A stretch of DNA of 64,000 nucleotides from the NCBI GenBank assembly GCA_030704615.1, contig CM060733.1, forward strand, positions 36,580,001-36,644,000. Direction: 5' to 3'. This document shows positions 11,664 to 24,720 of this stretch, in pieces. How positions within the stretch are numbered: position 1 is the stretch's first letter; every line of letters begins with the position of its first letter. A program made the position numbers and the translations under genes. The notes under the pieces were generated by a model. The model saw nothing but the letters and a program-made list of their open reading frames with translations, searched no databases and was not told the DNA's origin. This DNA is from Takakia lepidozioides. Lineage: Eukaryota; Plantae; Bryophyta.

Positions 11664-13402
11664 TCATTTTTTTTTCGTGGGGAATGGAGATACAATAGCT
11701 ACATCCGAGGCATCCGAGGCATGCACATGCGACAGTCTACGCTGCAAATCTGCATCATCCCAATTATCCACTATCCATCCACAAAGAAAATCATGCTTTG
11801 ATACTGCGTACTCACATGTAAACCAATCTGATGTAAGAGTTGCCCCCCATTTTTTTGTGATTTTGGTCTCCAAGTATTTCTGTATGAAAGTCATTACAAA
11901 GTAGCCACACTCCCAGCCGCTTGGTTGTTGTGGCATCAGGTTCCAGCCACCCCCATGCCATTATTTCATTCCAAAGTACCGAGTCTGGTTTGGCTTTGTG
12001 TAGGTATGCTCTAAAAGTGCGAAGACGCGTTTTAAAGGCAAGTAAGTCGGCTATGGGATTTGAATGATGTCATGGAGTTCAGATGAACAAACTTGGACTT
12101 ATCAAAAACCATCAAACTCCAATGGCCCCTGCAGAACGCAGATGTGTTTGAGGCCAGACACCACTAATGCTTTCCATTCTCCAAATCAAATCAAAGTCGG
12201 TCAAAGCTGCAAAATAGGAGGATTGAGGGACGTACCCAGAGCATAAGGGAATGAACCATGTCTGAACCTTATCTGGATCCTTCCCTAGGCACTTCTCAGT
12301 TACCCAATCATTTACAAGCCCTTTGGAAATCCTGTGAAGGTCGTCCTTCGATGATGCCTCCAAAGCCGTCCATATCAGTGTGTCCATCACAGCCCACCAG
12401 CAACGATTACTCTTCTCCAAGGATAGCTGCAAAATATTGGCATACAAAAACACCCCTCCATCCCCCGCTTCCCCATACAATTTTGACAACCGTAGATAAT
12501 CCCATGAACCCATAATGGACTCCTGTGGAGTGCCTTTGAAGAAAACAAGGCAGCCCTTGTCCTCTGGGAGCTTTTCCCTCAGACTATTCTGGTTTCTGCA
12601 TTGTACACAAATTCACGAAGTCAGATAGGCAGACAATTAACTGTTAAGGGTGTTTTCAAGCAACCATATCATCCCCCTATCATGCGTGTAAGCCCTGTTG
12701 AATGTACTCACCATGAATTTGGTCCCCCTTTGGTCGTTGGAAGCCCTGGCCCACTTACTTAGTGACTTCTGGCCGACCAGATTTCGCCTTCCGTTTCTTC
12801 CCTGTTCTGGTGATAGCTTTACTTTCCCCCTCAGCTACACGGTTCTCCTCCCTCCCCCGCATCGTCACCCGTATTTTTCGCGCACGCTTCGGCTCCCCCT
12901 CATCCTTCGGGGATCTTTGCTTCCCCTTGCCAATCCCCTCTCCGGTCTGCTCCCCCTTGCCCTTCATGCGTTCCTTCTCCTTCCCCTTATCTTTTGTTTC
13001 TTTCTTATCCACCTGCTCCATGCCCTGCAGGTTCAATTGGCGTCCCGAAGTTTTTGCAGCAACCCTATGCCGTGTTCGACCTACTACTGGGCCAGATGAT
13101 GGTTTGCCGGAGGTCAAACCCATGTGCAGGGGGGTTGGAGAAGAAACCATAGGCGCAAGCACCGTCAGACCCGTGGTGAATGTGGAGCCAGGGGTGACCC
13201 CCAATTCAATATTCCAAGGATCTGTGAAAGCGATGGGAGCAATACTAGGGGGCTGAAGTAAGCGCTCTGCTGTGGGGGAGACCAGACTATCTGCGAGTGC
13301 GGATAACAACGGGATGGCCTGTGCATGATACGGGGGTGCACCTGGCAAAACTGACATGGGCGGAACAAACCCCTCCGTTGCCAATTCGGTGTTCCTTGCC
13401 AA
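11664..13402 (-). pseudogene. TE-borne Ulp1/SUMO-protease-like gene (peptidase C48), intron-containing, 5' truncated
   Basis: WFIPLCSG|GHWSLMVFD..VHLNSM across an in-frame GT-AG intron (12235-12129), then MPQQPSGWECGYFV (catalytic Cys). ORF 12755-13402 is a plausible disordered N-terminal exon. Confidence 0.75.
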
Positions 13403-13416
13403 TGACTGGTGTTGAG

Positions 13417-13793
13417 ATGCACAGCAAAGGCGCGGGATGGAGGCTTTGGAGACCTATGAGCAAATGATGGTGGAAGGGGTGAAGCCCGACCACATCATGT
13501 CTGTGTGTTTGCAAGCCTGGTAGCTCTGGAAAAGGGCAAAGAGGCCCATGGCGACATTGTCAGAGCTGGAATTGTACCCAATGTCATTCTGAACAATGCC
13601 CTGGTGGACATATATGCCAAATGTGGGAGCATCGAGGATGCAAAGGTAGTGTTCAACAATATGGCTGAACGAGATGTGGTGTCGTGGAGCGCGATGCTTG
13701 CAGGGTATGCACAGCAGGGGCGCGGGATGGAGGCTTTGGAGACCTATGAGCAAATGATGGTGGAAGGGGTGAAGCCCGACCACATCACGTCTG
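13417..13793 (+). pseudogene. PLS-PPR pseudogene, part upstream of the chromovirus insertion
   Basis: QQRRGMEALETYEQMM, NALVDIYAKCGSIEDA and VVSWSAMLAGY motifs. Begins abruptly against the Ulp1-gene sequence. Confidence 0.85.
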
Positions 13794-14528
13794 TGTCGCG
13801 GCCCTTTGTCTTGAGGGCAGGGGGTCGGGACACATGAGGGGCTGCCCCTGTGGTGGGGGCAGCGGCAACGATAGGTATGGGGGGCTGAGGCACCCTTGAG
13901 TGCCCAAGGCACTCAGGGAAGCGGAGGCGCTCACTAGGTGGAGCCCCGTACACCGGGTTGCGGTGGGGGTGGCTCCACAAGGGGTGGTGGTAGCTTAGTG
14001 GGACTTAGTGGGACTTAGTGGGGGTGGCATAGGACTCACCATGGGGGCGGAGACCTCGTGGTGGGAGTCGTGGGGAGTCTTGGGACTCATCACGGTCCAT
14101 AGGGGCCGTGGTGAGCGGGCCAAGACTCACCGCGACTCACCACCGGGAATCGAGGGTCTTCGTGGTGGTTCGCCATAAAATGGCATGGCTGGTTGTGAAA
14201 CCCCCGCGGACAGCTACAAAAGTATATATAGGGAGTAGTAACCCCGAGAACGGTGCAAGCCCGTTGGTGACCAAAAACTAGTGAGTAAGCGAGCGAGCTG
14301 GAAAGCGACCAAAGAGTGGGGAGCTGTTCCGGACTGCCATCTACCAAAGGGAATTCTCCTAGTCCCAATTAGGTGGAGGGTTTTAGAGGGAAGCGAAAGG
14401 GGACCGTTATGTCCCGGTGAGCAGCCGAAGCTCCAAGTTGGCCCGGCGGCCAGGTTGGGAGTCAGGCGCGCGCATCAAAGCGAGTAACTATGACTTGAAG
14501 GGGAGTTACCGAAGTGAGGTGCGCGACA
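13794..14528 (+). repeat. 5' LTR of chromovirus
   Basis: About 98% identical by eye to 20028-20754. TATATATA near 14223. Carries an extra GGACTTAGTG copy. Confidence 0.95.
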
Positions 14529-14530
14529 CT

Positions 14531-14542
14531 TGGTATCAGAGC
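14531..14542 (+). promoter_or_regulatory. Primer binding site, tRNA-iMet
   Basis: TGGTATCAGAGC 2 nt after the 5' LTR. Confidence 0.95.
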
Positions 14543-14583
14543 TTAGAGTTCAGTACGCGATCGTCCTTGGGATTGGCCTCATC

Positions 14584-17500
14584 ATGGGGTCGGGCAAGCC
14601 GAAGCGAAAGCGGAACGGCCCAAAAGATGATGATCCCGGTGAGCCCGATGGGGGCGGCGTGTCACCGAGGTGGCCGTTTGAGGAAGCGATGCATGTTTCC
14701 GAAAACGAGGCCGCCCAAGAGCGGGAGGAATCCGAGGAGTGGAGCCCGAGGAATCCTTGAGAGCTCCGACAAACCAAGAGATGCCTCCCATGCCGGCAGC
14801 CTTTTGGGAAGGGTTGTTGGCGCAGTTTGGCGGGACGTTGAAAGACGTGTTGAAGGTGGCTAATGCCACTTCCACTAAGGCAAAGTTTAAGGTGAAGCCT
14901 AAGGAACCCGGCACCTTCGAGGGCGTCCGAAATCGGAAGGCACTCAACACCTGGCTCTTGGAGCTGGAGCAGTACTTCTGGGCGGCCAAGTTGAGTGATG
15001 AGGATCGCGTGGAAGTGGCTCCCACCTATTTGAGGGGCTATGCTCAACAATGGTGGCAGAAACGCCTTCACGACCAAGGTCCAAGTCCGGAAACCTTGAA
15101 CTGGAGTGGGTTCAAGGAATTGTTGAAGAGACAGTTTGTGCCCCTCAACGCGTCCTGGCTTGCCTGGGACAAGATGAGGAATTTGAAGCAAACAGATGAC
15201 ATTCGGGGGTACGTCCAGGCTTTCAATGTGCTGTTGCTCGAAGTCGCGGACATGGCAGAACCAGAAATGGTCTTCAACTTTGTGGCGGGACTGGCCCCAT
15301 GGGCCAGGCGGAAGTTGGAGGAGAAGCCACCCAAGACTTTGAACGAGGCAATTGAGAGGGCTGAATGTTTCTCGGATGTCCCTAGGGGTGAAAGACAAGG
15401 CCGTACGGAGCTGAACCACAAGAAGATTCGGCGGGAAGGTGACTCCTTCCGACCGGAAAAGAAGTGGGATAGGCCACGCGGCGATAATGGCACGTGGAAA
15501 TCGAAGGGAGGGCCTTCATACGTCAAGTCGGCACCCGGTGCTCCGAAAGGAAAAGCGGGTGGAGCGGCTTATGGCGGACAGAAGGCGACCTTTGATGGAG
15601 TGTGTTTCAATTGCGGGGAGCCCGGGCACATGGCCAAGAAGTGCACGAAGCCCCGGCAATTGAACATGACTCGGGCGACCACGGAGCTGTCGGAAGATAC
15701 CATCAGTCGCTTGGTGGAAGCGGTGGTCGCCAGGACTTGCAAGGTAGGCAAATTTTCTTGTGAGTTGTATCAGGAAACTGGCGCCTTACGAAAAGGGAGT
15801 CAGTTATTGTTCGTGGATGGGATAATATCTGGAACTAATGTGTCGTTGTTGGTGGACACAGGAGCGTCGCACTCCTTCATGACACCGGCAACGGCACAAA
15901 AGCTGGGACTCCCGACAAGTGACGTGGGGGCCTCTATTGAGTGCGTTCTGCCAAAGGAGAACCACAGTTGGCGACAAGGTTGGCGTTTGATGTTCCTCTT
16001 CAACTGGGGAGTTGGGAGGGACGTGAGAACTTCACCATCTGCGAGATCGATGGAGTGGATCTCATTTTGGGGATGACCTTTTTGAGCAAATCCGGAGCGG
16101 TCATAGATGGCCGCAAGAGAGTAGTCACGCTGCCATGTGGAATGGTGGCGAGGTCTTACGAGTGTCGGCGAATAAATCCGTGGGAGGGCAAGGGACCTTC
16201 TGTCAGCGTGGGCCGTGGAGGAGGCCAGCCCCTGCTTTACATTAGAGAAGTGAAGGGAGAAGGCGATGGGGAGCCGAGCCCAGATTGGATCAAGGGGATT
16301 TTGGGAGAAATACCAGGATGTGATGCCGGAGGAATTACCAAGCGGCTTGCCACCGCGAAGAGGAGTTGACCACAAGATTGAGGTGATACCGGGATCGGAA
16401 CCGCCTGCCAAGGCGCCCTACCGGTTGAGCCACAGAGAGTTGGTCGCTGAAGACTCAGCTCAAGGATCTAATGTCAAAGGGGTACATCCAGCCGAGTAAG
16501 TCACCTTACGGAGCCCCGGTGCTATTTGCAGACAAGAAGGATGGGACGCTGCGGATGTGTGTCGATTACAGGGCTTTGAATAAGGTGACTATCAAAAACC
16601 GGTACCCTTTGCCAAGGATCGACGACCTCTTCGATCGGTTGGCAGGAGCGAAGTATTTCAGCCGGATCGACTTGCACTCCGGCTATCACCAAATTCGGGT
16701 GGCGGAAGGAGATGAGGAGAAGACCGCGTGCAGGACAAGGTATGGTTCATATGAGTTCTTGGTGATGCCTTTTGGGCTCACCAATGCACCAGCGACATTT
16801 AGCACGCTGATGAACAGCCTTTTCCAGGAGTGGTTGGATGACTTTGTGATCGTGTACATCGACGACATCTTGGTGTACTCGAAAACAAAGGAGGAGCACC
16901 TGGAGCACCTCAAAAGGGTGTTCCAAAAATTGCGAGAAGGGAAGCTGTATGCCAAAGCTTCAAAGTGCGAATTCGGGGTCACAAAAGTGGAGTTCTTGGG
17001 GCATGTGATTACACAGGATGGGATCAAAATGGATGACAGAAAGGTGAGGGCGATCTTGGACTGGGAGCCTCCGACTTCGGTCCCGGGAGTGCGATCCTTC
17101 CTAGGACTCGCCTCCTATTACCGGAAGTATGTGAGAAATTTCGCCAAGATCGCGGGGCCGCTGTCGGACCTTCTGTGTAAATCCAAAGTCTGGGTATGGA
17201 ACACATTTTGTGGCCAAGCTTTTGCTGAATTGAAGCAGCGGATGACGGAAGCTCCAGTCTTGAAAATCCCGGAGTTCGATCGTCCGTTTGAGATTCATAC
17301 AGATGCATCGGACTTCGCGATTGGGGGTGTACTTATGCAAGATGGACGTCCAGTGGCTTACGAAAGTAAGAAACTGAATGAAGTGGAGCGACGGTGGCCG
17401 ACGCATGAAAAAGAGATGAAGGCGGTGGTGCATTGCCTTGAGCTCTGGCGCCACTATGTTGGTTCCAACCCAGTGAAGGTGTTCACGGACAATGTCACGG

Positions 17501-19124
17501 TGAAGTATTTTGCTACGCAGCCCAAGTTGTCCCCAAAACAACTTAGGTGGCAAGATACTTTGGCAGTGTTCGACGTGGATATCCAGTACAAACCGGGACG
17601 GGACAATGTGGTGGCCGATGCTTTAAGTAGAAAGCAGCAGCTCTTGTTGGTGTACAAGGGCGAGACGACACTCTAAAGGAAGATCCGGAAGGCTTGCCGG
17701 AAGGATGAGCTGGCAAAGTCCATGATGCAGGACTTGAGGATGGGGGTTAAATCGCAGTTCCACTTGCAAAATGGACTGCTCCGGTATAAGCAAAAGCGTC
17801 TCTACGTGCCGAAGGGAGGGATCAGGGATAGTCTCTTGAGAGAATGCCATGATAGCCCGCTTGCGGGCCACGGTGGAGCCAAGCGCACTGCGGCACTCTT
17901 GAAGAAAGAGTATTTCTGGCCCAAACTGAGGGAGGAGGCAGAGGAGTATGTCAAGACATGCCCCTGTGCCAACAAAACCGGAGCGAGTACAAAAAGCAAG
18001 CGGGGCTGTTACAAACCCTTGCCGATTCCAGAGGGGACTTGGGAAAGCGTCTCGATGGATTTCGTGACTGCTATGCCGCTGTCAAAAGGATTCGATGCAA
18101 TCATGGTGGTGGTAGATAGGTTCAGTAAAATGGGCCATTTCATCCCCACCAAGGAGACGGCAACGGCGGAGGAGACAGGGCGACTTTACTTCGCCCACGT
18201 CTTAAAGCATCATGGAGTCCCGAAGGATATTTTCTCGGACCGCGATCCAAAGTTTACGAGTAAATTCTGGAGAGCACTTTGGAAGAAGATGGGGACGAGG
18301 CTGAAGATGAGCACCGCCTTCCGACCTACGACGGACGGCCAAACGGAAAGAGTGAATTCTGTAGTGAAGCAATTCTTGCGGAATTACATGTCGGCAGACC
18401 AATCGGACTGGATGGAACACTTAGACGCGGCAAAGTTCTGTTATAATAACACAGAACACTCCGCAACGGGAGTTTCCCCTTTTGTGTTGGTCTATGGAAA
18501 AGCACCTCTGGTGCCGACAAGTTGGGCCGCCCAGGACGTTGAGGAACCGGCAGTAGCGGCGGTACTGGAAGAACGCGAGCGTTTGTTGAAGCTCGCAAAG
18601 TACAATATTGCCAAAAAGCTAGGAAACGGTATGAAAGGCAGGCAAATCGGAAGCGGAGGGAAGTGAAGTTTGAGGCAGGCACAGAGGTCTGGTTGAACAT
18701 CAAGAATTTCCGACTACCTCCAGAAGTGAGTCCGAAGTTCGTGCCTCCGTATGCGGGACCCTTTCGCATTCGGAAGGTTATGAATGAGGATGTGTATGAA
18801 TTGGAGCTGCCGGCAAACAGCAAGGTGCACCCAGTATTCCATGTCTCCCTTTTGAAGCCTTACTTCAAAGATGAAGCGCGTCCGAATCGGCATCAAGTGT
18901 TGCGTCCGCCACCTATGCTGTTGGATCATGAAAATGAACCTGAGTACGAGGTGGAGGCAATACTTAAGTCGAGGAGGTTCAGGAACCGAGAAACGGAGTA
19001 TCTCGTCAAATGGAAGGGCTATCATCATGTGGAGGCATCTTGGGTGCGTGCCTCAGAAATGGGAAACGCATCCGAGGCGGTTGCAGCTTTCGAAGGGCGA
19101 CCTCAAAAGCGGAAGAAGCGTTGA
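14584..19124 (+). pseudogene. Chromovirus gag-pol polyprotein (several frameshifts)
   Basis: CFNCGEPGHMAKKC, LVDTGASH, YIDD, HTDAS, GHGG..CP, VSMDFV, SDRD, GPF module, chromodomain EYEVEAIL..YLVKWKGY..ASW, and a C-terminal KRKKR. Confidence 0.95.
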
Positions 19125-20027
19125 TGGGGACATCAACCTTGGAGCGTGGGGGAGGAAATGCATGCTTAGCCCGGTTTAGCTAGCTCAGGAATCCGATTGC
19201 AAAAACTTGTATTGTACAAAAATTTGTTATAAGGAAATGGGTTCCAAATATTGTGCGTCCTATTGTGTTTGGAATGGTGATGCATGGTGTGGTTGGCTAG
19301 TGTGTAGAATGCATGCTAGCTTACAAAAGTGGGAGAGGTAAATGGGTAATCGTGTGTTTGCGCAGTGCCGAAATCGGGTGACTCCCATCCAAGGGGCAAG
19401 GAAACTTGCGCCTTCTTTGGGAGTTCACGTGCTAGTGCGCACCTGGTGCGTGCGCGTACTATAACTGCGCTACCGAGGGGGTTGCCTTGTAGTGCGGGCT
19501 AACGCGGAAGCTACGTGCTTCCGTTCACGTACTATAATCGTGTAGCCTCGGGACGAAGTCGTAGTGCGGCTTCGGCGTGTTCCCGCACCTCAGGCCAACA
19601 TTCCAAGACGGACCCAATTGTAGTGATTGGGGCGCACGGTTGGTTCAAGGTTATCTTCCTAGTCAAAGAGGGTTCCAGGTGAACCCTTGCTCAAGGTGAT
19701 GCCAAAGCGGCATCATGAGCGATCGCAAACAATGTTGTTGCAGTAAGGCGATTCGATCCTCGGGGAGGATCGTTCCTTGGCCTTGAAGTAGGCCAAGAAG
19801 AGTGCACTGGGAGGAGCTGAAGAGGCTCCACCCTTGGCCGGGACTTGGAGGAAGTTGGCCGAACTAGCTAGTGGAGAGTAGAGTCAAGTGTGGGGTTTGG
19901 TTCTTTGCCATGGGACGCCATGGTACATAAACAAACTCCTTGATGTGGGACGCCACAACTTGGATGTTCGTTTCTACAAAATGGACAAGTCGATGAGGAC
20001 ATCGACTCCCTGTTGGTAGGGGTTGTG

Positions 20028-20754
20028 TGTCGCGGCCCTTTGCCTTGAGGGCAGGGGGTCGGGACACATGAGGGGCTGCCCCTGTGGTGGGGGCAGCGGC
20101 AGCGATAGGTATGGGGGGCTGAGGCACCCTTGAGTGCCCAAGGCACTCAGGGAAGCGGAGGCGCTCACTAGGTGGAGCCCCGCACACCGGGTTGCGGTGG
20201 GGGTGGCTCCACAAGGGGTGTTGTAGCTTAGTGGGACTTAGTCGGGGGTGACATAGGACTCACCATGGGGGCGGAGACCTCGTGGTGGGAGTCGTGGGGA
20301 GTCTTGGGACTCATCACGGTCCATAGGGGCCGTGGTGAGCGGGCCAAGACTCACCGCGACTCACCACCGGGAATCGAGGGTCTTCATGGTGGTTCGCCAT
20401 AAAATGGCATGGCTGGTTGTGAAACCCCCGCGGACAGCTAATGAAGTATATATAGGGAGTAGTAACCCCGAGAACGGTGCAAGCCCGTTGGTGACCAAAA
20501 ACTAGTGAGTAAGCGAGCGAGCCGGAAAGCGACCAAAGAGTGGGGAGCTGTTCCGGACTGCCATCTACCAAAGGGAATTCTCCTAGTCCCAATTAGGTGG
20601 AGGGTTTAGAGGGAAGCGAAAGGGGGACCGTTATTGTCCCGGTGAGCAGCCGAAGCTCCAAGTTGGCCCGGCGGCCAAGTTGGGAGTCAGGCGCGCGCAT
20701 CAAAGCGAGTAACTATGACTTGAAGGGGAGTTTACCGAAGTGAGGTGCGCGACA
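20028..20754 (+). repeat. 3' LTR of chromovirus
   Basis: Direct repeat of 13794-14528, preceded by the G-rich tract GGTAGGGG. Confidence 0.95.
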
Positions 20755-22111
20755 GTCTGTGCGTTTGCCAACCTGGCAGCCCTGGAAAGGGGCAAAGAGG
20801 TGCATGGTTGCATCGCAAAAGCAGGAATTGTACCAGATGTGATTCTGAACAATACCCTCATGGACATGTATGCAAAATGTGGGTGCATCGAGCATGCGGA
20901 GGCAGTGTTTGACAGTATGGTTGAACGAGATTTGGTGTCGTGGAGTGCGATGATTGCAGGGTGCACAGCAAGGGCACGAGATGGAGGCTTTGGAGACCTA
21001 TGAGCAAATGATGGGGGAAGGGGTGAACCCCAACCACATCACGTTTGTTTCCATTTGCAATGCCTGTGCAAGCCTGGCAGCCTTGGAAAAGGGTAAAGAG
21101 GTCCATGGTGACATCGTCAAAGCTGGAATTATACACTGCCTTGGTAGACATGTATGCCAAATGTGGGTGCATTGAGGATGCGAATGGAGTGTTCGACAAT
21201 ATGACTGAACGAAATGTGGTGTCGTGGAACGCAATGATCGCAGGATATGCCCAACATGGTTGTCATAGGGAGATCCTCCAACTATTTGAAGGAATACAAA
21301 AGAATGGCTGAAAGCCAGACAGTCTCACCTTTATATGTGTTATCTCTGCATGCAGCCACACTAGCCTACTGAATGAAGGAAATCAAGATCATGGTGTCAC
21401 TCCGACAGTAAAGCACTTTGGCTGTATGGTGGACCTTCTTGGACAACTGGAATTGGCAGTGGATCTGATTAATAAGATGCCAATCAATCCAGATGTTGTG
21501 GTGTGGAAGGCCTTGCTTGGTGCCTGCAGAATCCATGGCAATGTGGAGATGGTTGAATGTGCGGCAACATCTATCCTCAAATGGGATGAACAGGATGCCG
21601 CAACTTATATGTTGTTATCAAACATCTATGATGCAGCTGGCAGGTGGCATGATACTGCAAAGGTGAGAAGAATGATGAAGGTCAGAGGGGTTAGAAAGGA
21701 GCCAGGTCGCTGCTGCATTGAGGTTGGCAACAGGGTGCACACCTTCGCTGTAGATGACAAGTTGCATCCCAGAATTAAGGAAATCCATGCTGAGCTGAGA
21801 AGATTGTCTCTGGGCAGATGAAAGGAGGCGGGGTATGTGCCTGACATGCGCTTTGTATTGCATGATGTGGGGGAGGAGGAAAAGGAATTTTCTCTTTGCC
21901 ACCACACTGGGAAGCTGGCCATTGGTTTTGGGCTGAGCAGCACGACCCCTAGGACGCCTCTCCGTCTCATCAAGAATCTTCGAGTGTGTAGTGACTGCCA
22001 CACCTCCACCAGTTCATCTCAAAGATTGTTGGTCGAGCAATTGTTGTATGGGACGCTAACCGCTTTCACCACTTTGAAGATGGTATTTGTTCTTGTGGTG
22101 ATTACTGGTGA
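20755..22111 (+). pseudogene. PLS-PPR-E-DYW pseudogene, 3' part
   Basis: PPR motifs, E1 VVWKALLGACRIHGN, PG box RKEPGRCCIEV, HHTGKLA (HxE mutated), [10 protein letters not shown], and CSCGDYW* ending at 22111. Multiple frameshifts and stops. Confidence 0.92.
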
Positions 22112-22993
22112 AAGGATGTTTTCTTGGCAAGATGCAAGTGTCTTGCTTCATTCTTTGATATGTGTAGCTACTCAGACCATCCACCATTTCCTGAGAGTCT
22201 TGACCATCATGTACTGCCAGAGAGGGCTAGAGGATCGGATTCATGAGGGTTTGACAGATTCAACAAAAATCATTGACGGAGGGTGGTTGAACACTGGGGG
22301 TTCTACTGCTCACAGTCCCGAATCATGTGCATGGATTAATAAAGGAGAAGTCCAAAACACTGGATGGGATGCCTTCCCTTCCTCACCCATTCATTATGTT
22401 CCTGTCAACAATGGCTAGGATGTTATCCCTTGCAATTCTATAGTTAATGACGAACACAATCTGTCAGGTGGGTGACTGATTGTTGGTAAGAGTTTTTAAT
22501 GTAACTCTGAATGTATTTAGCATAAAACATTTTGTGGAGTAAAAAAAAATGTGAAAAAATGGATTATATTGGTAAAATATAAAAGTACGTATCCAGTTAA
22601 CCCTTCATTGTTTACCAGGCTCAGATGGATCCCACTGACTTTTGCGTATGGCAATAATTTTCATACTTTCTTCAAGATCATTTATAGCCTCCTCGAGTAG
22701 GCCCTACCTCTCATCCAACAAGGGAAGACTCCGAGCCACTGGGAGAGCTGATACATCTGGCAATGAAATGTTTACCATTTTTCTTGCAAAAAAACAATGA
22801 AATACAAGACGTATGTATGTAACACCATGGGGATGACCCACCTTTTTTTTTTGTGAAAATTGAACATTGAAATGCAGAGACGTGACATGATAGCTCCGAC
22901 AATACTCCGCCATTTTTCTTCCAGAAATAAACAAAACACGGGATCTCTGTATGTTACACCATGGGGATGACCCACCGTGCAGAATTCTCAGAA

Positions 22994-23060
22994 TTCGTTG
23001 CTAGTAGTGCAGAGCAACGCGAAGTCCTAGTTCTAGCGACGACCGAAGGTCGAGAGCTAG
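22994..23060 (+). mobile_element. Possible tandem Helitron 3' ends
   Basis: Hairpin TTCGTTGCT..AGCAACGCGAA followed by CTAG|T (23027-23030), and hairpin CGACC-GAA-GGTCG followed by CTAG|T (23057-23060). Confidence 0.4.
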
Positions 23061-23079
23061 TTTAGCGTGGAGCGTAATT

Positions 23080-24720
23080 CTAGGCTGTCATTGTATGTTG
23101 CTAGCAGCAAGGCAAGGATGTATGCATGATTTGTGCAGAGGCATGGATAGCTGAAGGAGCATGGATGGAGTGTGGGTTCCCTCTTATCAGAACCGGCCCT
23201 AAATTTCCATGTTGAATTCTGCAAGTTAGCTGGTTGAGTGAACCTTTGATAGTTGGAGTGACTTTGACATGATACTGCCAAAGCATCCAGAAATAGGTAA
23301 GAGAGACGAGGAGAAGCTGTGGAAAGAATACTTTTCTGACCACAGTCAATGGTGGGACAATCGAGGCAAAAAGGTGGATGCCTGTTGGATTACAGAGAGT
23401 AGCAGACGCAATGAGCATAGGAACTCTGAGTTGGGTGTTTCCTAGAACAAATCTAGGCTGTCATTGTCACTGTCACATAGAGAACGAACTAAGCTGTATC
23501 TCCGCTTAACCTCGGTAAATTCGTGGAAGTCCCTTGATGGGGTCCCAGGTGCTCAGTTGAGTTCACGTTGCGGCTTATCCTCAGATACATAGTAGAACAA
23601 GACTAGTGACATAACATACGCAACCAATCGAATCGTCTTTGTAAACAAGAAACCCCACGGGCAGCTGGCTGGAATACCAAAAGAAAGGATTAGAAGGCTG
23701 CACTTCCTCCACGTCCAATAAACCCTCCGCCAGGTACGACATCCACTTGACCTCGTGTTTGATGGCGAGGACTTATGTCTCTCACCGGAGAAAGGTGAAT
23801 GCCTGTTGGATTACAGAGAGTAGCAGGCGCAATGAGCATAGGAACTAGTGTGATAAGTTGAGTTGGGTGTTTCCTAGAACAAATCTAGGTTGTCATTGTC
23901 AGCTGTTAGTAGCAAGGCAAGGTGTTCAACAACATGGCGGAACGAGATGTGGTGTCGTGGAGTGCGATGCTCGCAGGATATGCACAGCAGGGGCGCGGGA
24001 TGGAGGCTTTGGAGACGTATGAGCAAATGATGTGCGAAGGGGTGAAGCCCAACCGCATCACGTGTGTGTGCGTTTGCAATGCATGTGCAAGCGTGGCAGC
24101 CCTAGAAAAGGGCAAAGAAGGGGTAGAGTGTGTGTACAGAATCATCCAAGAGGGCCAGATTTCAAGCACAAGATTACCTATGATTCCTTGTGGATCAATA
24201 GCTACAAGAAACCTGCATGGGTAGATGGTCAACTAAAGGCAACAGCTGCAGCGGCACAGTTGATAAAATCAGGCACCTCAACCATGACCACAGCCTCTGG
24301 AAGAGGATCAAGAGAGGGAGTCCACAATGCCTCTTCTGGCACTTCTGGGCATGTGAAGATGCTTTGTGAGGCAGGCAGACTGAAAGAGGCTCTACAAACT
24401 TTAAACCAATGAGGCATTTCAACAGATTCAAAAATGTATGTCTGTCTCTTGCATAAGTGCATCAAGGTGAAAGGCGAAAACAGGTGCACACTCACATTAT
24501 CCAAAGTGGATTCACGCCAAATGTTTTTCTCCTCAACACCCTTGTCAACATGTATGTTAAGTGCGAGAGCATCATGGATGCTCACCAAGTGTTCAACAGA
24601 ATGCCTCAACGATCTTTGATCACATGGAATATAATGTTGGCAGGATTTACCAAGCATGGGTGTGGTATGAATGCTTTGGAGACCTATGAGCAAATGATGG
24701 GGGAAGGGGTGAAGCCCGAT
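23080..24720 (+). pseudogene. Scrambled 5' part of another PDF-PPR paralogue
   Basis: EKLWKEYFSDHSQWWDNRGKK|GT (~23310-23374), three partial copies of the following intron, a displaced PPR piece (23920-24120), HPRGPDFKHKITYDSLWINSYKKPAWV, then the first PPR motifs with stops. Confidence 0.85.

Larger units (their letters stand above)
13794..20754 (+). mobile_element. Full-length Ty3/gypsy chromovirus LTR retrotransposon
   Basis: Near-identical TGTCGCG...CGCGACA LTRs at 13794-14528 and 20028-20754, 5-bp TSD GTCTG (13789-13793 / 20755-20759), iMet PBS, and gag-PR-RT-RH-INT-chromodomain order. Confidence 0.97.

Noticed and set aside
21770-22111. U-to-C (DYW:KP/GRP-type) editing domain
   Set aside because: The PG box and DYW terminus indicate the canonical C-to-U type. 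The HTG change looks like decay.
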